Shown piece after piece: positions 1 through 6,327 of a DNA stretch of 35,070 bases. The notes beneath the pieces are model-generated. The model was not told the origin of the DNA. It ran no database searches and was given only the letters and a program-made list of their open reading frames with translations. The position numbers and the translations under genes were made by a program. The stretch covers positions 1 to 35,070 of IMG/VR virus record IMGVR_UViG_3300030433_001347; one strand, written 5' to 3'. Positions within the stretch are counted from its first letter, which is position 1. Every line of letters starts with the position of its first letter. This DNA is from a virus. Lineage: Duplodnaviria; Caudoviricetes.

Positions 1-123
1 CTGACACTAGGTTGTTCTGATATTACGGTCATGTTTAGTTGTGTATTTACTTCTTATTACTTGTGGATACCTACATGACGCATGCAGGTAAATTGTATGA
101 TAGTGAGTGAGACATTGGGTGTC

Positions 124-582
124 CTACTTGATTGTATTTTGGTACACAAGACGAACAGCGTGTGTACCAAATTTATTAGGACATGCAATCATACGTGCTG
201 CTGCTTTAAGGACGCACACTTTGCAAGCCAGAGATACTCCTCTGCACCCAGAATCACGGATGGCTTGGATAACATCAGAAGGAAATCTACTTGCTAATTC
301 GTCCCACCTACTAAGTTCTATGTTGTTGAAGTGTTCATCAGCATCGTATTTACCTTTAAAGAAATGAGGGGAACCTAGCTCAAGAACAAGATTTACTACA
401 TCTTTGGTAACGAATGCTTTTTGACCGTAGTAAATATTATGAATAAGCCATCTATGGTTAGATTGAACAGGTTCTCCAAAATATTCTTTTCTGCTGAGAG
501 CATCCCAGTACCAAGAGTAACTCCAGTAATTAGCACCTTTGTTTTCCCATTGTATGCTGGTCTTGGTGTATGCGTTAGACAT
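124..582 (-). CDS. Hypothetical protein, probably early region (start could alternatively be 618)
   Basis: Long ORF on the coding strand. The ATG at 582 overlaps the end of the upstream gene by 8 nt. No recognised motif. Confidence 0.55.
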   Translation of the reverse strand: MSNAYTKTSIQWENKGANYWSYSWYWDALSRKEYFGEPVQSNHRWLIHNIYYGQKAFVTKDVVNLVLELGSPHFFKGKYDADEHFNNIELSRWDELASRFPSDVIQAIRDSGCRGVSLACKVCVLKAAARMIACPNKFGTHAVRLVYQNTIK

Positions 583-865
583 GACGAGTATGTGCTGCGG
601 ATTCTTTGGTACTTCCATGCTCTCCAAACAGAACTTCCCAGCCAAGCGGTGAAGTACCACTGATGAGAAACTCTCGGTCATCAGCAGAGAGCGATTTGAA
701 CTCCATGATGCGACCAGTTTGACGATATGCGAACAACTCAGACCCCAACACAGTGACTGCGTGAGGACTGCCGGTGACTTGGCAAGGGCCAGTGAACGTA
801 TATGTATGTACTGGTTCGTACTTTTCGGTATACGAACAGCGATCTAGGTATCTTTGAATAGGCAT
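575..865 (-). CDS. Conserved-looking hypothetical phage protein (96 aa)
   Basis: Motif 'LSADDREFLISGTSPLGWEVLFG' resembles small uncharacterised phage proteins I recall. ATG lies 1 nt after the upstream ORF stop. Confidence 0.65.
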   Translation of the reverse strand: MPIQRYLDRCSYTEKYEPVHTYTFTGPCQVTGSPHAVTVLGSELFAYRQTGRIMEFKSLSADDREFLISGTSPLGWEVLFGEHGSTKESAAHTRHV

Positions 866-866
866 A

Positions 867-989
867 TTATTGCGTGATTAGTATGATAGTTACAGTGAGT
901 GCAGCACCTGCGACAGCCGCAAGTGACCACAGGAAATCCAGTGAGTGATTGTTGTTCATGACTAGACTAAGTAAATGATTAATAGACAT
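867..989 (-). CDS. Small membrane peptide MSINHLLSLVMNNNHSLDFLWSLAAVAGAALTVTIILITQ (40 aa)
   Basis: Hand-translated. Fills the gap between two genes, its stop is 1 nt before the next ATG, and it has one hydrophobic C-terminal helix. Confidence 0.5.
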   Translation of the reverse strand: MSINHLLSLVMNNNHSLDFLWSLAAVAGAALTVTIILITQ

Positions 990-1012
990 GATAGTGACGA
1001 TAACCGAGAACC

Positions 1013-1732
1013 TCACGAGGAGGTTGCTGCGGTTAGTTTGTAGGATGAGTGGCTCTTGGCTGGACGGCTGGCCTTGTAAGGGGCTGGCGCAACATATTCC
1101 TTGTGGAAATCTATTAGGACTTCGTTTTCTGGAGAGTTAGGCAAACCACCTAACAGCGTCCGATCTTCAATCTCACGTGGGACATCAACAGGAGCTTGTA
1201 CAATCTTCACGGGTGCTGCGTCTTGAGTGCTTAGGACTCCGATCCGATTCTGTGTGTTGTGACGAGCTTCGTGTTGCTCTGCGATTTCCAACGATGAAAC
1301 CGCTGGCTGCTGTTCTTCACGATTGATCTCTGCTGTTACACCGTTTGAATCACTACCGCGATTGATGATGTGTTGAACACCTTCGGCTTTATCAGCTAAT
1401 AGAGCGTCTACATCCTTAACTTCAGCCTTGAGCCTGATGTATGTGTACTCATCGCCTGTATCCTTATCAACACCCACACATTCCTGACCGTAGACAACGT
1501 ACAAGCTACGCTCGCCGCAACATGCACACTGTGCGTTCAATGAACCTGTGAAATCAGAGAACGGATAGGGCATCCCTGTTTTAGGGTTGATGTTTTTTGA
1601 TTCAGGTTTGCGAGGGTAAATTGCTCCCTGATCGTCCCATTGTTTCTTGGGCTTCATCAGTGTGATGAGCTTGCGATACTCAAGGACTTTGACTAACAGT
1701 GATTTCTTTATTGTTGTTATTATTTTATTCAT
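1013..1732 (-). CDS. Hypothetical protein, about 239 aa, first gene after the terminal non-coding region (alternative start 1657)
   Basis: Long ORF. ATG at 1732 (MNKIITT). Contains a CACCG Cys cluster. The ORF-track start at 1819 lies inside the structured element. Confidence 0.6.
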   Translation of the reverse strand: MNKIITTIKKSLLVKVLEYRKLITLMKPKKQWDDQGAIYPRKPESKNINPKTGMPYPFSDFTGSLNAQCACCGERSLYVVYGQECVGVDKDTGDEYTYIRLKAEVKDVDALLADKAEGVQHIINRGSDSNGVTAEINREEQQPAVSSLEIAEQHEARHNTQNRIGVLSTQDAAPVKIVQAPVDVPREIEDRTLLGGLPNSPENEVLIDFHKEYVAPAPYKASRPAKSHSSYKLTAATSS

Positions 1733-2078
1733 GTTTGACTTGCGGGTGACGATTGGTTTCAACGCCCGCACTTTAGCGAATGGCAGGGATGGCCGCTTCT
1801 TGGGCCAAGGCGAGGCCAAGAGAGATTAGTTAGCGGCCACCCAACGGGCAGCACGTAGCAGGGCATGACAGTCCGAGCTAAGGACTCTCAGCATTACCGA
1901 GAGAGATAACCGAGGCTGGCATGTCGTGCAGCCTGCGCCAACCAGCATGATAGTTTGAGGGCCTTCACAGATTACCTGCAGCGTTATCGCAGGCGGTGCT
2001 GTCCCTGCCATTCGGGGCGTTGAAACCAAGCGTCACCCGCAAGTCTTCTTGCTGAATAAAATGATGGCAGCAATAAAG
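1706..2078. repeat. Long imperfect inverted repeat / large structured element (candidate ncRNA or DNA hairpin)
   Basis: 1737-1788 pairs with 2003-2045 (42/43 bp plus a 9-nt bulge). 1706-1731 pairs with 2053-2078 (22 Watson-Crick plus 4 G-T on the + strand). Internal hairpins at 1790-1839, 1858-1936 and 1975-1993. Confidence 0.85.
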
Positions 2079-2202
2079 CGACCACCTGTTGGAAGGGCTT
2101 GATGAATACCGCTGGAATGCCTGACAGATGGCAAAACAAACAGGAACAAACATAAAGTATCCCCACCAGATATACCCAACTTCCATTTACTTAGGGGGCC
2201 AC

Positions 2203-2240
2203 GGGGGTAATTACTCACGTTAGATATAACGTGTACCCCC
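2203..2240. other. Bulged hairpin in the putative genome-terminus region
   Basis: GGGGGTA(2203-2209)/TACCCCC(2234-2240) outer stem and CACGTTA(2216-2222)/TAACGTG(2227-2233) inner stem, 4-nt loop, 6-nt bulge. Confidence 0.65.
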
Positions 2241-2489
2241 TCGGATTTTCCCACCAAAAGTATCCAAGTAGGGTCTGCTGTGGTTACATTCGGGGGCTTA
2301 GAAAGTGTCGCACAATCGAACCTGAGGGCATTGTGGGGTCATCTGGTTATCCTTGCTGTGAGCCTCATGCGTCTATAAGTTCTTCGCCTATTGGGATTTA
2401 GGTTTCTTTTGTGACTAAAAGGTACAGCTTTAGTAGCCCCAATTAGGGTGTCACACCTGTGCCATCTTTTGTGATAAAGAACAATAAAT

Positions 2490-2639
2490 GTTATATTTAA
2501 TTGGTCACTTGTGGCTCACATCTGAGTTTCACTTGCTGCTGTATTCTTCAAGATTGGCAAATATGAACCTATTGTAGTGACCTTTTGGCTCATTTGTAAC
2601 GTTATTTGGGTTATATTTAGTTGCCACTAATTGGCTCAC
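2490..2639 (-). repeat. Two imperfect 30-bp direct repeats just downstream of terL (candidate promoters or packaging sites)
   Basis: Minus-strand GTGAGCCACAAGTGACCAATTAAATATAAC (2490-2519) and GTGAGCCAATTAGTGGCAACTAAATATAAC (2610-2639). Partial third copy TGAGCCAA near 2585-2592. Confidence 0.6.
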
Positions 2640-2642
2640 CAC

Positions 2643-4355
2643 CTACATCCACGTAGTTGCCTCTTGTTTGCCCCAAAGTTTGTTGTGGGACTCTAGGAAT
2701 TGTTCTAGGGCTTGCTCCATTTGTTCCTCACGGTAGTCCTTGATGCCTCTTTCGATGTCTTTCTCCATGTGGTCTACCCAATAACCAACAGCAATAGCAA
2801 GAGCATCAAGTCTATCGTCATGCCTCAAGGCTCCCTTTTGGAACGTTAGTCTTGACATCTGGTAGAACAATGAGTACAATTGGGGATCACCCGTGAGTGA
2901 CATCCGTAAGTCACTGTCAATGTTGCTTACTCCTTCACTGTCACCTCCCCTAAGATCACCTAGGATGACCTTAGGGTCTACAATGAGCCTATGGGAGTTC
3001 ATTACGGGTTCCAAGGTGTCTATGATGCGTCTTTCCTTCTGTATGGAGTGTCTTACTTCTTCAACAGTACAAGGATACCCTACTTCTTCACTGAGGACAG
3101 GCTTCAGTAGCTGAGAGAACATTCCGTCACCGAAGTTGGACTCTACGACAATCTCATTCACTTTGTGGGTCTTAGCGATGTTCCCTAGCTCTCTGAGTAC
3201 GTCTTTCGTGTAGCCCCCTAGGAAGCCCCCTGAGGCCACTAGGAATAGCTGTCCGTTGAGTATTTTAATAACAGCATAAGCAGTTTCATCCTTACCCATA
3301 CCTGCAGGGTCAATACTCATAACTGCTCCTGTGTAGGGCTGATGGTCACTAGCGACCTCCATAGGCCTGTAGTATCTATCCCCTGCTAGTCCTACGCTTT
3401 CTAGGTCTTTACACTCTAACTCTGGGGATGACGCCCAAGTGAGCTTAGGAGAGGCTACGTCTTTGTCTAAGGGGTGTACGATTAGGTCGCTTAGTCTTAG
3501 GGGATACCGTCCTATGTCGCTTAGGGAGGTATCCAGCATGTACTGTAGGGCAAACCCGCTCTTGCCGTAGGAGGCCTCACGTTCGTCTAGGTCAGTAGAG
3601 TCGAACCTCTGGGGGTCTACAGGCGATCCCTCAGAGAGGGTTTCACACTTGTCTATGATGTAGGGGGCTAGTCTATGGCCGTAGGCCGAGAGGGCCTTCT
3701 TGGAAGGGATTCTGGCAGGCCATATTCGTATCTCGTATCCCCTTTGAGGGAGGACGTTGTAGATAGACATTTCTGTCTGCGGTGTCCCCAAGTAGACGAT
3801 CCTACCGTCAGGTTTCAGTACAGCATCAAACTCCTTGATGGTCTCCTGAATCTTGTCCCTCATCTGCTGTGTCAGGCTGTTATTCAGGGACTCCACATCG
3901 TCTGCCACAATGAGGTCTGCACGGCTTCCTGTAAGTTGTCCTGTGATCCCTACGGACTTTACAGAAGGTGCATGAGCAGCAGGAGCAGGCCCCACATCGA
4001 ATGCTATCTTACTGCTTCTCTGTTCCTCTCTGGGAATCAGGTGTTTCAGTAAGGGCATCTCATTGATGAGCCTTAAAGTGAACGTAGAGAAGTCATCACT
4101 ACGTGTTTTACTGGCAGAAACTACCAGTATATTCATGGAGGGATTCAGGAGAAGCTGGTGACATACATAAGCAGAGGTAATCCAACTCTTCCCCACCCCA
4201 CGGAATGCCTGTATGCAGCACCTACGAGGCCCTTTATCGACATACTCAGCAATATCATACTGCGTTAGTGTCGGATCAGGTAACCCTAGGTGCTTCCATG
4301 TAAGGTACAGGAAGTTCCTAAAGTCCTTTAGTTCCTCAGGTACTGAATAGGCCAT
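2643..4355 (-). CDS. terL: Terminase large subunit (T7 gp19-like)
   Basis: QAFRGVGKSW Walker A, LIVADDVE Walker B, SIDPAGMGKDET and HDDRLDALA nuclease motifs, YLGTPQTE. Confidence 0.97.
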   Translation of the reverse strand: MAYSVPEELKDFRNFLYLTWKHLGLPDPTLTQYDIAEYVDKGPRRCCIQAFRGVGKSWITSAYVCHQLLLNPSMNILVVSASKTRSDDFSTFTLRLINEMPLLKHLIPREEQRSSKIAFDVGPAPAAHAPSVKSVGITGQLTGSRADLIVADDVESLNNSLTQQMRDKIQETIKEFDAVLKPDGRIVYLGTPQTEMSIYNVLPQRGYEIRIWPARIPSKKALSAYGHRLAPYIIDKCETLSEGSPVDPQRFDSTDLDEREASYGKSGFALQYMLDTSLSDIGRYPLRLSDLIVHPLDKDVASPKLTWASSPELECKDLESVGLAGDRYYRPMEVASDHQPYTGAVMSIDPAGMGKDETAYAVIKILNGQLFLVASGGFLGGYTKDVLRELGNIAKTHKVNEIVVESNFGDGMFSQLLKPVLSEEVGYPCTVEEVRHSIQKERRIIDTLEPVMNSHRLIVDPKVILGDLRGGDSEGVSNIDSDLRMSLTGDPQLYSLFYQMSRLTFQKGALRHDDRLDALAIAVGYWVDHMEKDIERGIKDYREEQMEQALEQFLESHNKLWGKQEATTWM

Positions 4356-4402
4356 TGCTGGGCCTCAGATGCCCCTCTAAGGCACTTTTGGTATTAGGAT
4401 GC

Positions 4403-4639
4403 CTAATGACTAGCCTTGGCTTCCTGAATGTCCTCAGAGGAAGGAAATGGGAGAGCATTGGCAAGACCCTGTAGGGGTGATGCTTCTGCAGGTGTCGCTG
4501 TGATCCCATTATCCTTGAGCATCTGACGGGCTACATTGAGGTCAGTCGAAGTGGCTTCCCCGTTGTTGATCCTTCCTGTGAGGTCATCACATACGAGATC
4601 AAAGAGGTTACTTAGTTTTTCTTCCTTAGTTTTTGCCAT
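4403..4639 (-). CDS. terS: Terminase small subunit (T7 gp18-like)
   Basis: GEAT..DLNVARQMLKDNGI motif. Lies directly upstream of terL. Start at MAKTKEE. Confidence 0.88.
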   Translation of the reverse strand: MAKTKEEKLSNLFDLVCDDLTGRINNGEATSTDLNVARQMLKDNGITATPAEASPLQGLANALPFPSSEDIQEAKASH

Positions 4640-4776
4640 TCGTTGACTGCCTTTCCTGTTGTCCAAACGATGGTAACTGCCAGAAGAGTGATCTTTAAAA
4701 TCAGTTCAACATCGGTAAGAGTCACCACACCCAGTACCGTACCGTTAATGCCGAAGATTTTAAAGTACTCCTCCAT
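4612..4776 (-). CDS. Holin-like protein at the T7 gp17.5 position: MEEYFKIFGINGTVLGVVTLTDVELILKITLLAVTIVWTTGKAVNEWQKLRKKN (54 aa)
   Basis: Hand-translated, below the ORF-track cutoff. Two hydrophobic segments, basic C-terminus, overlaps the terS start, syntenic with gp17.5. Confidence 0.7.
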   Translation of the reverse strand: MEEYFKIFGINGTVLGVVTLTDVELILKITLLAVTIVWTTGKAVNEWQKLRKKN

Positions 4777-4780
4777 CCCA

Positions 4781-4978
4781 TCACTCTACTACTTCTACGT
4801 CCCCTGCTGGTGAGTCAACAGTTGTCCCGTTGATTTTTTCTATAACAGCAACAACCTTCTGGGCAGCAGTACGCACACCTTCATGTTGTTGGGCCGTTAG
4901 AGCAGCGTTGGAAGCCGCTTGATACACTACTTGTATAGCCTCAAGGGCTTCCTTTTGTTCTTGGTCGCTTATGTTCAT
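4781..4978 (-). CDS. Hypothetical helical protein (65 aa, MNISDQEQKEA...)
   Basis: ATG lies 7 nt after the upstream stop. The longer ORF-track version overlaps the acidic tail of the upstream gene. Confidence 0.6.
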   Translation of the reverse strand: MNISDQEQKEALEAIQVVYQAASNAALTAQQHEGVRTAAQKVVAVIEKINGTTVDSPAGDVEVVE

Positions 4979-4985
4979 TTCTCTC

Positions 4986-5423
4986 TTATTCAGACGATTC
5001 CTCACTTGCGGTTTCCTCTTCGGATTCCGTTTCTTCTTGTGAGGTCTCCCCCTCCGCATTGTCGCTTGTTTCTTCCTCATTAGGCAAGTCTTGATAACCA
5101 TCTCCTATAGTCATAGAACTAAAGTCAGGCTTGGTTCTATCTTCAGGTGCAGCTACAGGAGCAGTCAACTGGTTGGCTATTCTTGTCTGTAACTCAAGAT
5201 ACCACCCTTGACTTCCCAAGACGCCTTCAATGAATGCTTCTGCACCTGCTTCAAATTGAGATAAATCCTGACAGGGTACACTTATGCGCTCATCTTTATA
5301 GGCACTCTTGCCCGACTCTTGATCCTCGGCTGTCACGCCAAGCACCACGCTGCACACCTTAGATGGGTCTGCTGATTCGCAGGATACGTCCCATCTCGTT
5401 ACGTTGTATTTAATGTTTGCCAT
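4986..5423 (-). CDS. Hypothetical protein with acidic C-terminal tail, possibly tail-fibre associated/chaperone
   Basis: Tightly packed ORF. Beta-rich N-terminus (MANIKYNVTRWD) and E/S/T-rich tail. Function inferred from position only. Confidence 0.6.
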   Translation of the reverse strand: MANIKYNVTRWDVSCESADPSKVCSVVLGVTAEDQESGKSAYKDERISVPCQDLSQFEAGAEAFIEGVLGSQGWYLELQTRIANQLTAPVAAPEDRTKPDFSSMTIGDGYQDLPNEEETSDNAEGETSQEETESEEETASEESSE

Positions 5424-5427
5424 TGTA

Positions 5428-5694
5428 CTATTTGTTGTCCATTTCCATCAAAGGCGGAAACAGTTTAAATTTGGTGGGGGTAACTATAGGTGCATTAGTA
5501 TATACAATAGTTACCGGAGGCGGCTCATACCACTCCAGTTCAAGACCTGTCAGACTTACGTCCGCCTCGGCTAGATTCTTGCACCCTGTCCCTATGCAAA
5601 ATAAAGAGATCGTGGTAATTACGATGCTGCTCTTTAAGTTCAGCCAACTGTGAGTTGACTTCGCAGAGTGACCCTCGGATTTGGTTGAGGGCAT
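5428..5694 (-). CDS. Putative lipoprotein, o-spanin-like (start uncertain)
   Basis: Hydrophobic stretch followed by lipobox-like GTG-C, Pro-rich mature part. Overlaps the upstream membrane/coiled-coil gene out of frame. Confidence 0.45.
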   Translation of the reverse strand: MPSTKSEGHSAKSTHSWLNLKSSIVITTISLFCIGTGCKNLAEADVSLTGLELEWYEPPPVTIVYTNAPIVTPTKFKLFPPLMEMDNK

Positions 5695-5845
5695 CAATTT
5701 GTTTAATGGTGATTTCCTTATGTTCATCTAAGCCTCCCGCCAACGTGCGAAACAGGAAGTTGGTCAGACGGATTACGTAATAGGATACTCCCACTAACGC
5801 CACTACGCTGACTCCCTGTTCCCATAGTTGGTTTATATTGTCCAT
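5540..5845 (-). CDS. Single-TM plus coiled-coil protein (i-spanin-like or BhlA-type holin-like)
   Basis: N-terminal TM (VSVVALVGVSYYVI), heptad-like C-terminal region, AAGGA upstream. Confidence 0.6.
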   Translation of the reverse strand: MDNINQLWEQGVSVVALVGVSYYVIRLTNFLFRTLAGGLDEHKEITIKQIDALNQIRGSLCEVNSQLAELKEQHRNYHDLFILHRDRVQESSRGGRKSDRS

Positions 5846-5880
5846 TCATGTTTCCTTTTAGCTGCCCAGTTTGGGTTTCA

Positions 5881-6321
5881 TTAGGCTTTCATTATTGAAA
5901 AATATAAAAACTCATTATATGCATTCTCAAAATAAAAACTTAAATGGTTATTACTCATTTCTCCCGTAGACGTACAACTAATTACTTTGTAGTCATATCC
6001 CAAGTCCAAAAATGCACCTTCTTCATCTGTGAATCTTTCTGCTCTTGATTTGCTAGTGTTTCCGTTTGCAGCGTGGTATCGCCTAACAGAAACAAATAAA
6101 TCAAAAGTGCCTAAATCGTGCTGGTGTGTGTAGTAGTTTGTACTGCCACTAACTAAATTTGGAATATAACCAGATACAGAAGTTCCACTAGGAGTTTTCC
6201 AATACATACTGGCACTTGACCCACCAGTAGTCAGCACTTGCCCCGCAGTTCCATTGCCGAATGATCCGCTGGTTGACCCAACGGGTAGAGCGAATTGTGT
6301 TAGTATCTTTTTTCCTGCCAT
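5881..6321 (-). CDS. Small tail-fibre-associated protein (146 aa)
   Basis: GTAGQVLTTGG fibre-type motif. HQHDLGTFDLFVSVR module similar to the C-termini of the two upstream tail genes. Confidence 0.65.
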   Translation of the reverse strand: MAGKKILTQFALPVGSTSGSFGNGTAGQVLTTGGSSASMYWKTPSGTSVSGYIPNLVSGSTNYYTHQHDLGTFDLFVSVRRYHAANGNTSKSRAERFTDEEGAFLDLGYDYKVISCTSTGEMSNNHLSFYFENAYNEFLYFSIMKA

Positions 6322-6327
6322 TCTAAA

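Noticed and set aside
100-108. ACTCACTAT match to the T7 promoter core
   Set aside because: Only 9 nt, flanks do not match, and it is not found upstream of the late genes.
660-672. CTGATGA-GAAAC hammerhead-like core on the + strand
   Set aside because: No stem II or flanking stems. It is simply the antisense of the conserved EFLIS codons.
1706-2078. DGR template/variable repeat or retron msr-msd interpretation (A-to-G differences, flanking inverted repeats)
   Set aside because: No reverse transcriptase in the window, the changes are only A-to-G rather than A-to-N, and the 'target' would be a gene 5' end. It cannot be fully excluded if an RT lies elsewhere.
1826-2257. Short minus-strand ORFs (67, 73, 60 and 74 aa) in the terminal region
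   Set aside because: They overlap one another and the structured/hairpin elements and have no motifs. The region is better explained as non-coding.
2240-2330. tRNA/tmRNA-like fragments (GGTTCGATT, CCCACCA)
   Set aside because: They are on opposite strands and no cloverleaf can be built.
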